Shown here piece by piece: positions 11,530 through 23,460 of a stretch of DNA of 64,000 nt. Under the pieces are notes generated by a model. The model was not told the origin of the DNA and searched no databases. It was given only the letters and a program-made list of their open reading frames with translations. Each line of letters begins with the position of its first letter. Position 1 is the stretch's first letter. The stretch is from Stegostoma tigrinum (lineage: Eukaryota), in assembly GCF_030684315.1 (NCBI RefSeq), contig NC_081387.1:5064497-5128496 (forward strand), given 5' to 3'. A program made the translations under genes and the position numbers.

Positions 11530-13220
11530 AATTATGTCTGCTGAGAGTGTGTTTGGTTGTGAATCATATCGATCACATGAATCAGTTGGAGCAGCAGTTG
11601 GAAGCAATGAGGAATTTACAGGAATGAGAGAATGTGATGGATAGCAGTTTCAAGAAGACTGGAAAACCGCAGATACAGCTAGCTGGGTTACCTCTAAGAA
11701 AGGTGTGAGAGGTAGGCGGGTAGTGCAGGGGTCTCCTGTGATCGTCCCAAACAAGTATTCTGTTTTAGAAAATTTAGGAGGTGATGGGCTCTCAGGGGAG
11801 TTTATCACTGACAGCCAAGTTTCTGATGCTGAGATTGGTTCTACTATAACAAGGTGTACGTCAGGTTCCAAGTGATTGATTGTGATAGGGGACTGTCAAG
11901 TCAGAGGCCACGTTTCTGTGGCCAACAGCAAGACATCAGAATGGTGTGTTGCCTCCCTGGTGCCGGAATCCAGGATATCTTGGAGATGGAGCAGAATATT
12001 CTCAAAGGGGAGAGGGACCAGCAGGAGGTTGTTGTACACATTTGTGCCAATGACATAGGAAGAGAAAGGAACAAGGTTCTGAAAGAGATAATATAGGAAA
12101 TTAGGCAGGATATTAAAAAGTAGGTCCTTGAGGATTTCATATATCAATCACTCCTGGTGCCACAAGCTCGTGATGGTAGGAATAGGAGGATCGAGCATAT
12201 GAATACATGGCTGATGACCTGGTGCAGGATTCATATCTTTGGATCAATGGAATCTCTTCTGGGATAGAAGTGACCTAAATAAGAAGGATGGATTGCACCT
12301 GACTTGGAAGGGAACTAGTAAGGTTGGGAGAGCAGTGGTGGTAGGACCCAAAGAGTTAGTCAGAAAAGAGATAAAGTAACGCTAGAACAATTGAGAAGAG
12401 GAGCAAGTCAAACAGTCAGGGCAGGCGAGAGCAAGGCAGAGAATGAGGTAGGACTGATAAATTAAACTGCATTTATTTCAATATAAGAGGCCTAACAGGT
12501 AAGGCATGATTGGGAACATGGGACTGGGATATTGTAGCGATTACGGAAACATGGCTCAGGATCGACTGGATTGGCAGCTTAATGTTCCAGGGTACAGATC
12601 CTATAGGAAGGATCGAAACAGGGGCAAGAGAGGAGGGGAGTGATGTTTTTGATTAGGGATAAAATTACAGCTGTACTTAGAGAGGATATTCTGGGGAGTA
12701 TGTCCAGGAAGATTATAACTGAAATAAGAAAGGGGTGATCATCTTATTGGGATTGTGTTATACAGCCCCCAGTAGACAGTGGGGAAGTTTGAGAAAGCAA
12801 ATTTGTAAGGAGATCTCAGTTATCTCTAAGAATAATAGGGTGATTATGGTCAAAGATTTTAACTTTCTAGACATAGACTGGGACTGCCCCAGCATTAAGA
12901 GCTGGGATGGAGAGGAATTTGAGAGTATGGACAAGAGAGTTTTCTTATTCAGTATGTGGATGTATCTGCAAGAGAAGGGCTGAAACTTGACCCTCTCTTG
13001 GGAAATAAGGCAGAGTAAGTGACTGAGGTGTCAGTGGAGGAGCACTTTGGGGCCACTAATCATAAAATAGTGATGGAAAAGATAGACTGGATCTAAAATC
13101 TAAAGTTCTAATTTGGAGGAAAACTAATTTTGATGGTATTATGCAAGAACTTCCAAAGTTGATTAGGGGCAGCTATTCACAGGCAAAAGGGCAGTTGCAA
13201 AATGGAAGGCTTTAAAAATG
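11530..13220 (+). mobile_element. CR1 LINE ORF1 (SGNH esterase-like) and ORF2 endonuclease, degenerate
   Basis: VIGD, VCCLPGA, VVHICANDIG, DGLHL; DFNFLDIDW. Confidence 0.85.
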
Positions 13221-13244
13221 TGCAAAATGTGTTCTTTCACTTAT

Positions 13245-13742
13245 TCTTTCTGTTGTGTTCTTTATTGTAATACAAACTTCACTTATTTTAAAGTCATTCA
13301 TTTCCCACATCTTATAATATATTAATTATATTACATATTTTTTCATGTTATAATGAATAAAAAAACTTCCAACATAAAGAAATTAACAGTATTTATTGTA
13401 ACTACAATATAGAGAAGGGATTTATAGAACACTGAAAATCAAACTGAGAAACTCTGTTTATGTTTAAATCAATCAGGATTCCACAACTAAATTAACAAGT
13501 TGCCTTTTTATGAGACATGACATGAATGTTGAAGTTTAGGAAACAAGAGACATTGTACTTGTGACAATAACATCTATTACAAATCTGAATGTAGATTTCC
13601 ATTGTTGAGCAAATGATTTACATCCGATAACATCATAAGGTGGTTTTAACCCAATGAAGAAATAATTTCTAACTTGTTGCAGTTTCACCAATAGGATGTC
13701 AGTGACTTTCTGCATTTTCTTTCCACATCGTAATGAAGGTAC
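13245..13742 (-). other. DAA: Probable exon 5 (3' UTR only) of the MHC class II alpha gene
   Basis: The donor after the stop codon requires a downstream exon; strong acceptor tctctttttctactcag at 13743; AT-rich non-repetitive sequence; AATAAA (minus) at 13392-13397 and 13261-13266. The 3' end is approximate and a weaker alternative exists near 21490-21687. Confidence 0.55.
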
Positions 13743-14536
13743 CTGAGTAGAAAAAGAGATCAATCAATCACAATGAATAAATCATAAGAACACTGATCTT
13801 AGATGCTCATTCTGCTTGTTACATGGTTTACATATAGGAATTTGTATGAACGAAATACCAAAAGTCAACTTGTATAGTTTTTCTTCTAAACTGACTAGGC
13901 ACCATAAGACATGTTAACTATATAAGCAGGAGATGGGAAATTAATGGGTGGCCTTAAAAGACATGACTGACTACTTTTGTACACAGTGGTTCATGTGTGG
14001 AATCAACTTCCTGAGGAAGTGGTAATTATGGGTATGGTTACAACATTTAAAAGACATCTGGATAAATACATTAATAGGAAATGATAATAGGCCAAGCACA
14101 GGCAAGTGGGACTGTTTAGTTTGGGATTATGGTTGGCAAGGATTGGTTGTACCGAAGGTCTGTTTCCATGCTGTATGACTGAGATGGCACGGTGGTTTGT
14201 TAAATGAAAGATATTTTTTAAAAATTGAATCATCCAGAACAGCTCAGTGAGAGAAACTGGCAACAAATTTACACAGCACATAGGTTTTATTTTCTATTGA
14301 TTTTAATTGACAAATTTTCAGAATTTGGTGCAAAGATTTAAATCATTTAGAATATTTGTTAAATATGTACTGTATTAGATTTGATGTAACAGTACTCTCA
14401 TTTAAAGAGTATAAGTCAATAAAGACTGAGCACAACATTAGGCTAATGTTACGCGTATTAAGGGGAGTTCATGTGGCCAGAGGTTCAGTTTTTTAGATAC
14501 ATAGTTAAACAGATTATCAGGCTTGGACTTCTGTAT

Positions 14537-15510
14537 AGAACACAGAACATAGAACAGTGCAGCACAGAACAGGCCCTTCAGCCCACGATGTTGTGCCGAC
14601 CATTGATCCTCATGTATGCACCCTCAAATTTCTGTGACCATATGCATGTCCAGCAGTCTCTTAAATGACCCCAATGACCTTGCTTCCACAACTGCTGCTG
14701 GCAACATATTCCATGCTCTCACAATTCTCTGTGTAAAGAACCCGCCTCTGACATCCCCTCTATTCTTTCCTCCAACCAGCTTAAAACTATGACCCCTCGT
14801 GTTAGCTATTTCTGCCCTGGGAAATAGTCTCTGGCTATCAACTCTATCTATGCCTCTCATTATCTTGTATACCTCAATTAGGTCCCCTCTCCTCCTCCTT
14901 TTCTCCAATGAAAAAAGTCCGAGCTCAGTCAACCTCTTTTCATAAGATAAGACCTCCTGTCCAGGCAGCATCCTGGTAAATCTCCTCTGACCCCTCTCCA
15001 AAGCATCCACATCTTTCCTATAATAGGGCGACCAGAACTGGACACAGTATTCCAAGTGTGGTCTAACCAAAGTTTTACAGAGCTGCAGCAAAATCTCACG
15101 ACTCTGAAACTCAATCCCCCTGCTAATGAAAGCCAAAACACCATATGCTTTCTTAACAACCCTGTCCACTTGGGTGGCCATTTTAAGGGATCTATGTATC
15201 TGCACACCAAGATCCCTCTGTTCCTCCACACTGCCAAGAATCCTATCCTTAATCCTGTACTCAGCTTTCAAATTCGACCTTCCAAAATGCATCACCTCGC
15301 ATTTATCCAGGTTGAACTCCATCTGCCACCTCTCAGCCCATCTCTGCATCCTGTCAATGTCCCGCTGCAGCCTACAACAGCCCTCTATACTGTCAACAAC
15401 ACCTCCAACCTTCGTGTCATCTGCAAACTTGCTGACCCATCCTTTAATCCCCTCATCCAAGTCAGTAATAAAAATTACAAACAGTAGAGGCCCAAGGACA
15501 GAGCCCTATA
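14537..15510 (-). mobile_element. Young 5'-truncated CR1 LINE
   Basis: Open 278-aa RT C-terminus with FADD; (ttctatg)-type tail at 14537. Confidence 0.95.
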
Positions 15511-16303
15511 GTTGCAAAGACTATGCGGATCTTTCAAAATTTTGGGAACAGACCTGGATATCTTGCAACCCATTCTGAATGATCCCATTGCCTTAAATAG
15601 GAATAAGATTCTGACATAATGGAAATCCAAACTCTCTGCCAAGATCATACAGACCCCACTTTCACTGTAGTAAGGGCACTGACCCATAGCATAGGGGATA
15701 AAAACATCTAAAGCTGTTGTAGTTGCAATAACTATTCATTGACATTAATTCCAGGGCTCTTTATAAACACTTGATTGATTTCCACAACCTATCACTATCT
15801 TGTCACAACTAATTGCGTTCTGTAAATCAATTCCCAAAATTGTACCAAAAGTTAATGATATTTGAAAGAATGCACAGTCGCCCCAATTTCCCTGACTTTC
15901 AGACCCAGATTGTAGAAAGCACAAACCAGAATTTTGTAGTGAACAAGGATCATTATTTACACAACTAATTACAGGTAAACATTTAGAAATAACCTGTGTA
16001 TAATACTATGACCTAAAATTTGAACTCCCTTATAAATGTTCCCTCACACGCACACGCAAAGGAAAATAAATTATTGGAAGAATCGGAAAAACTAGAATGT
16101 CAGTTCAGTGTTCTTCACTTCCTGGTCCCAATTTTGAGATGATCCTTCTTTGGCTGGCTAGATTGTTACTGCTCAGTTGTCTTTCTTTGTGTTACTTACA
16201 GATCATTGAAAGCATCCAGAGCAGCTGGTTAACTCTGTAAAATGTTTAATTTATCAATTTTAAAGTCACAACTCACAGCAGCTGCTGCAAGAAAGGTAAC
16301 TGG

Positions 16304-17800
16304 TTGCGAGCGATGTATAAATTTGTTCCTCTGAGACAGGTAAGAAGGGGTAAGATTAAGGAGCCTTGGATGACGGGTACAGAGGTGCTTCTTGTCAAAA
16401 AGAAAAAGGCAGCGTACGTAAGGTGGAGGAAGCAAGGGTCTAGCACAGCTTTAGAGGATTACAGGCTTGCTCGGAAGGAGCTCAAAAGTGGACTGAGGAG
16501 GGCTAGGAGGGGGCACGATAAAGGCTTGGCAGGAAGGATTAGGGAGAACCTGAAGGCATTTTACTCATACGTGAGGAATAAGAGAATGATCAGGGAGAAG
16601 GTAGGGCCGATCAGGGATAGCGTAGGGAACTTGTGTGTGGAGTCTGAGCAGATAGGGGAAGCCCTAAATGAGTTTTTGCTTCAGTTTTCACTATGGAAGG
16701 GGACCTTGTTGTGAATGAGAACTTTGAGGAGCAGGAAAACAGGCTTGAACAGATCAAGATTGAGGAAGATGATGTGCTGGAAATTTTGGCAAACATTAAG
16801 ATTGATAAGTCCCCAGGGCCAGACCAGATTTATCCTAGGTTGCTCCGGGAAGCGAGCAAGGAGGTTGCTAAGCTGCTGGTGAAGATCTTTGCTTCCTCAC
16901 TCTCCACGGGAGTGGTACCGGAAGATTGGAGGGAGGCAAATGTTGTTTCTCTTTTCAAGAAAGGGAATAGGGAAATCCCTGGAAATTACAGACCAGTCAG
17001 TCTTACGTCTGTGGTCAGCAAGGTTTTGGAAAGAATTCTGAGGGATAGGATTTATGACTATTTGGAAAAGCATAGCGTGATTAAAGGGAGTCAGCATGGC
17101 TTTGTGAGGGGCAGGTCATGCTTTACAAATCTTATTGAGTTCTTTGAGGAAGTCACGAGACAGGTTGACGAGGGTCAAGCAGTGGATGTGGTGTACATGG
17201 ACTTCAGCAAGGCATTTGATAAGGTTCTCCACGGCAGGCTCATTCATAAAGTCAGGAGGTATGGGATACAGGGTGATTTGGCTGTCTGGATTCAGAATTG
17301 GTTGGCTGACAGGAGGCAGAGAGTGGTTGTGGATGGTAAGTATTCTGCCTGGAGGTCAGTGCTGAGTGGTGTCCCGCAGGGATCTGTTCTTGGGCCTCTG
17401 CTCTTTGTAGTTTTTATAAATGGCTTGGATGAGGAGGTTGAGGGGTGGGTTAGTATGTTTGCTGATGACACAAAGGTTGGAGGTGCCGTTGATAGAATCG
17501 AGGGCTATTGCAGGCTTCAGCGAGACATTGACAGTATGCAGAGCTGGGCTGAGAAATGGCAGATGGAGTTCATATGCTTATCCAAGGACTGTTTAAATGC
17601 CCCCAATGTGGCTGAGTTAACTACATTGGCAGGCAGGGCATTCCACGCCCTTACCACTCTCTGAGTAAAGAACCTGCCTCTGACATCTGTCTTAAATCTA
17701 TCACCCCTCAATTTGTAGCTATGCCCCCTCGTACAAGCTGAAGTCATCATCCTCGGAAAAAGACTCTCACTGTCCACCCTATCTAATCCTCTCATCATCC
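16304..17800 (+). mobile_element. CR1 LINE ORF2 (16304-17572, +) fused to an inverted CR1 3' fragment (17569-17800, -)
   Basis: 323-aa ORF with KSPGPD, YMDFSKAFD, GVPQGSVLGP, FADD; strand switch at ttca. Confidence 0.92.
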
Positions 17801-19247
17801 TGAAATAGGTGTGGTTAACTGGGAAAATGCCTGTACAACCCACTTCATTAGTGAAAATCCAGTCCTTAGACAGAATAAGGGCTGTGGATGCTGGAAGCTA
17901 GAGATAATAGGCGTGAGGTTGGAAAAGCACTGAAGGTCAGGCAGCATCCATGCAGCAGGAAAGTCTTGACAGAACTAATATGTTGATGTGTAACTGAGTC
18001 CAGGGTTTACCTGGCCATTCCCATGAATGTAGGGCTGCTGCCAATGGCAATGTTCATCCTGTTAGCAGTCTGGGTACTGCTGCATCAATGCAGCTATGTT
18101 GGCATCCAACCCCAGCCACCAGGCATGGGTTCTTACCAGCCTCTTCAGCTTGGAAACCCCTGGATGACCCTGCTGGAGTTTGACCATTATACGGCAGTGA
18201 GCTTTACTTGGGACAATCACTCCTGCTCCCCAGTGATATACCATGCTCTGTGGTGATCTGGTCTTTCCCAGTCCAAAACGGTTTCAGTCCAGGTTGTGAT
18301 GGCCCTTCTGTTCTCCCATTACCACTAGCTGTTTCATTTTCACTAGGATAGGATCTTTTGTGTCCACAGATGGGTATTGTACACAGTGACAGGAAAGCTG
18401 TCCAAAAAGTTTAAAACCAAAACAGACTCATCTGGGGAGGCACCATAGGTGGAGTATATGCCAATGGGAAGTGGATCAAACATCTGCATTAATCATTTGG
18501 GTTTCTGGATGGTGTTCTAGCTCATACTTGTACGTGCTGAGAATAAGGGCGCACTGCTGAACTCTATCGGAAGTTATAGGCAGAACCACCTTGTCTTCCT
18601 TCACTAGCCCTCGCAGGGGTTTGTGATCTGTTGCTATGAGAAAGGCCCATCTGTAAAGATGCCAGTGGAACCTCCTCACACCGAAGATGACTGCCAAACC
18701 TTCCTTTTCTATCTGGGCATATTTGAGTTCAGCATCAGCCAAAGTCCAAGAAACAAATGCTATTGGGCATTCCTCTCTCTGTTGGGCCAGCAGTGAGCCG
18801 ACACTATCCTGATATCTTATTGGGAGGTATCTATTGTCAACACCACCTCTTGCTTCAGATTGTAGTGGGCCAACACCTGAGATCAGGTGAGCTGCTTTTT
18901 CACTTCCCTAAAGGCTGCTTCATGGCGATATGACCATTTCCAAGGCTGAATCTTTTTCAATAGCAAACATAATGGTGCAAGGTTCGATGACAAGTCACGT
19001 GTGAATTTTCTGCAATAATTCACCAGCCAGAGGAAAGAACTGAGTTCTGGTACAGGCATGGGAGCTGGGGCTTCTTTGATCACCTTCACTTTCTCTTCCA
19101 GCAGGTATAACCTGGGTTTGTTGACTGTGTAACCCAAATAGGTCACTTGGGGTGCCTGGAATACACATTTTTACCTTTTAAGCCGTACGCTCACCTGGGA
19201 GAAACGTTTAAGCACTATGTCTGAGTTCTCTGCGTGTTCCTTATTGG

Positions 19248-19351
19248 CTCTCTGATGAAGGGTCTAGGCCCGAAACGTCAGCTTTTGTGCTCCTGAGGTG
19301 CTGCTTGGCCTGCTGTGTTCATCCAGCTTCACACTTTGTTATCTTAGCTCT
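19248..19351 (+). mobile_element. 104-bp Penelope terminus insertion with hammerhead core inside Gypsy RT
   Basis: 7-bp TSD ttattgg (19241-19247, 19352-19358); CTGATGAagggtctaggcccGAAACGTC. Confidence 0.85.
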
Positions 19352-19970
19352 TTATTGGTCTCCCAGGTATTCGCACATCGTCTCCAAATAGCAACCTCGG
19401 GTAGCCCTGTTAAAATGTTCTCCATCATCCACTGGAAAAGGCCGAATAGCAGTCTTGTATATGGCTATAAACCCTTATGGGTGTTAATTATGGCATACCT
19501 ATGTAACTCCTCATCCAGTCACATTTGCATGTAGATGTGGTTCATGTCCAGCTTTGTAAAGGACAGCCAACACCCCTCCTCTACGCAAGGAATCAGGTAT
19601 TTATCCAGCTGTGAGAAGCAATTTGGTGTTTGCATAAAATCCCTCCAAAGGCAAACTGAGCCATCAGGCTTCACAATCGGTATGACCATGCTGCCCATTC
19701 CGCAAATTGCACTGATTTAATAATTTCTTCGCTCTCTAGCTTCCTGATTTCCACCTCTACTTTTGGCCACAAGACAAATGGCACTGGGCGGGCCTTGCAA
19801 AATCTTAGAATTGCATTTTTTTCAAGATGTAAAGTGGCTTTGGTCCTTTTGGTCGTCCCAAGCCCTTTTTGAAAAACTCCTGGGTATTTCATTAGGACTT
19901 CACAGATGCAGCAATTTTCCAACCAAAAAATGTGGAGCCAATCTTGGTGAATTTTTCTCAGCCAGTTCCA

Positions 19971-20110
19971 GCTGGTCGGTTCTGAGGAACGATCACCAGA
20001 CCTGAAACGTTAACTCTGTTTTCTCCTTCCCAGATGCTGCCAGACCTGCTGAACTTTTCCAGCAACTTTGTTTTTGTTCCTGATTTACAGCATCCGCAGT
20101 TCTTTTGGTT
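19971..20110 (+). mobile_element. Short Penelope-type terminus (third family) inserted in the Gypsy element
   Basis: ggttCTGAGGA...GAAACGTTaact then cagatgctgccagacctgctg; related copies at about 26960-27050, 58530-58640 and 63870-63975. Confidence 0.65.
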
Positions 20111-22317
20111 TCCATCTAGTAGGCTTGTGATAATGGCGCCAACTGTTACTCACAGGAGACTGGAACCGAAGTTCTACTCTCAATGTGCAATGGTTGCCCA
20201 ATGGTTCTCAGTCTGGCTGAGGTCTTGTGCAAGCTTAAAGGTTGGAGTCCTGAGCAAGTCTTGTTGAAGAGAAATTCTGCAACCACAGATACAGCTGCCC
20301 TGGTATCGACCTCCATGGGAACTGGGTGACTATTTAACCAAATATTAATTTTAATTGGCTCTGATTTAGGTGTCACTAAGCAATTTACTCGTTCCAAACC
20401 ACATGTAGAGGAACTTTCCAGGGTGTGCACTCTCCTGGGTACTGGCCTCTGAGTTTTCCTACTCAAGCCAGGCCCTGCAGGACTTCTTTACTGTCACAAG
20501 CCCGCATCCTGACATCAATGACAATGGTTTACCAGCCAGATCCTGATGAACTGATGAGTGCCCGGACCAAGGCTTGGCTTTGTGTGGCCCTGCATTTGGC
20601 TCTGCGACTGCCTACACTCACATTGTGTTCCCCAGGCTCAGTTGGACATTGAGGGTGTCCATCTCCATTGGGATGCCCTGCCATGCTCTACCTGCCACAT
20701 TTTCTAATGACAAGGCCAGCTGTAGTACCTCTTTGAAGTCCAGTTGTGCTTTAGCTAATAGGTGCTTTTTCATGGTTACATCATTAATCCCACATAACAA
20801 ATGGTCTCTTACCATCTAATTCAGGGTGAATGCAAAACCATGCCTATGCCAGTCATCTCAACCTCATCAAAAATCTCCCAGTTCACTAATGGCCGAATAA
20901 AACTGATAGTGTCGTAGGATTAGAGGAGGCTTTGGAGTCGGAATATTCCTTAACCAATTCTGTCAACTCTTGAAAGGTTTTAGTGTCTGATGCCTCTGGG
21001 AAAGTTAAGCGGTTTTAACTGAAAATGCTGAGGGTCCACAAGAACTTGGAAGGATTACTCATTGGGGCAGATGAAAAACAATGTCATTTGCTGGAAAAAA
21101 AAATCACATTCTTTCAACAGGCTGGCCCAATCTTCAACAGCAGGGTCAAATGAGTCAAGCTTCCCAAATGGTGGCATGATGCCAGAAATGCTTACCCCAA
21201 CTAAGATGACTGTTGGAAGTGAAAGTTCTTCAGGCAGGTTGTTTTCTCTTGTCACCACTGAAATAACTTCACAGAGGCTGGTATCCTGTCACCAAGTCAC
21301 CCTTAATTTATTTGTGCGCAGTGCCACTGGCTGTATCCCAGCCAATTCAGAATAAATCCCTCAAACTGAGGAGATTCTAATCTCCTGGTTATATTGGTCA
21401 GCCAGGGCTTTCCTGATTAACAACCCCAATCAATGACCTCGTAGTCAACAAAATCCAGCCAGTCTGAAGCAGGACAGTGTGTGATTCGTACGTGTTAATA
21501 TCATTTATTTTAGTCTGAATTTTGACTTTCTGTCGTCATGATCTTTTACACTAGTGTGAGGGAGAGGAGGTTCCCTAAAGTAGCTTGGAAAGTTTTAGTG
21601 GGCATTTACAAATGTCCAGGGTTTGCACTCTTGCTGTCTCAAGTCCGCATACTAGCAGCAACCAAAATGACTTGCTGGCCCGGATCCTGAAGAAAATTTG
21701 GCCAAGGCTTCGCTTTGTTTTGAGGTTTTGCTGTGGGCTGACCTAGAGTTCCTCTGTTTAGGATAGAATCGCAGAATCATGTGGAAACGGGCCATTTCAG
21801 CCCAACAAGTCCAAACTGACCTTCTCAGTTCTCATCCATGCAGTTACTACTTTTAGATATAGGTATTCCAGTGTTGTCTCGTTTAATCTCCAGTTACCTC
21901 TTTTCAAAAACTTCAATTCAACATAAACCTTATTGTCTAAATGTGGCTGAGTCTATACCTGGGTGCACTGTTTCAAAATTAGGTGTCAGAGATTAGGGGA
22001 ATTCTTTTCCCTCAGAGATTGTGCTATTTTGGAACTCTCTGCCTCAAAGTGGTGGAGAGAGGGCTCTTGAATATATTTAAGGTGGGTACTGATAGATTCT
22101 TAAATTATTTAACAATAAGGTTGAAAGTCTTCATTGCCTTTTCTTTAAGAACCTAGATCAAAGGGCTTCCACTGTTACTGTATTAATTGTTAAAGATTAT
22201 GACTTTAAAGTACTGACCTTATGGAGGCATAGGGCAAATCCAACAGCTGATCCATTTTTAATTCAGTAATGTTAACGATACATACAGACAGGGATTTCCT
22301 GTGCCCTGTACTTACCC

Positions 22318-22463
22318 CTAGATGCCATGTTGCTGAGCTTGCAGCCGCTGTCTCTCTTTGATCAGCAAGATGATTCCTACAATAGCGCTGATAATTCCCA
22401 GGGTGAGTCCCAGAGCACAGATTATCGTCCCAGGACCAGACTTTTCCTCAGGAACTCCCTGAT
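22318..22463 (-). CDS. DAA: MHC class II alpha chain, exon 4 (connecting peptide, TM, cytoplasmic tail, stop)
   Basis: Acceptor tttcttgttgcacag; DQGVPEEKSGPGTIICALGLTLGIISAIVGIILLIKERQRLQAQQHGI*; class II alpha TM motif CALGLTxG; donor GTAAGT 2 nt after TAG (22315). Confidence 0.97.
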
Positions 22464-22519
22464 CTGTGCAACAAGAAAGAAAGGAATAATACTGTGAAGA
22501 TGGTGGACTACTTTTTTGA

Positions 22520-23440
22520 GTAGCTATAGCATACATGATGAAGGTACTCCTACAGTGTTGTTAGGAACTTCCACAATCTTGACCCAGTGATGAGGATGGT
22601 GCAATATATTTCCAAATTTGGATTTGGAGGGGAGACTTGAGGGAACTTGCAGGTGCTGGTGTTTCAATGTCAGCTGTCCTTGTCTATCTAATTGGTAGAG
22701 GTAATACATTTGTAAATTGGTGCAGTAGAAGGCTGGTCGAGTTCTTGCACTGCATCTTGTAGATCGTACACACTACTGCCACTGTGCCCTGGGGGTAAAT
22801 AGAGAGAATACTGAAGGTGATGAGTGAGGTGCTAATCAATTAAGATGATTTGCCCAAGATGACGTTGAGTTTCTGGAGTGTGATTTAGACAAGCGGAGAC
22901 AATTAAGCTCTTGACTTGTTCCTTATTGATGGTGAACAGATACTGGGGAGTCAGGAGGTGAGTTGTTCACTATTGAACACCCAGGTTCTCACCTGTAGGG
23001 ACAGTATTAATGAGCCTGGTCCAGTCAATGGTAACTCCCATGGATTTTGATAGTGGGAAATCTGACAATGGTGGTGTCAAAGTTCGATACTTATGTCCTT
23101 TTTTGGGTGAGATAATTAATTGGCGGGGTAGGTAGCACAGATATTACTTGTATCCTAGCAGTCCGAATCAGCATGTTGTTCAAATTTTGCTGCATGCGCT
23201 GATAATTGGTGTGTAATATTTGGACATAACTGCTTCAGTGTCTGAGGAGGCATGAATAGTACTGAACATCATTGAAATCAATTAAGGAAAGTTACCATTC
23301 TTACCAGGTCTCACCGATACGCTACTCTGGATTTTTAGAAATGTGGGTGACTCTGACTGTCCTCTGAAAGGAGCGAGAAAACTACTTAGTTCAAGGGCAT
23401 TTAGGGGCAGGCAGCAAATACTGGCCATCAGCATTTTTAA
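22520..23440 (-). mobile_element. Old LINE 3' fragment related to 9645-11520
   Basis: Degenerate similarity to 9700-10500 by eye. Confidence 0.65.
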
Positions 23441-23460
23441 AAAACAAATGCAATTCATGT

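Larger units (their letters stand above)
17990..21460 (-). mobile_element. Degenerate Gypsy LTR retrotransposon (5' LTR, PBS, gag, PR, RT, RNase H, start of IN)
   Basis: PBS-like TGGTGACAAG at about 21257; gag FGKLDSFDP and VRDHLLCGI; protease MEVDTRAAVS; RNase H YAQIEKEGLA; integrase zinc-finger region HPGVSK..R.HAWW; frameshifts and stops. Confidence 0.92.

Noticed and set aside
14537-17570. Twin-priming inversion of a single CR1
   Set aside because: The two pieces overlap with different sequences and are separated by about 800 bp of unrelated DNA, so they are independent insertions
21490-21687. Alternative exon 5 (ttttcttcag acceptor, AATAAA at 21504-21509)
   Set aside because: Weaker pyrimidine tract than the 13743 acceptor; not excluded without cDNA
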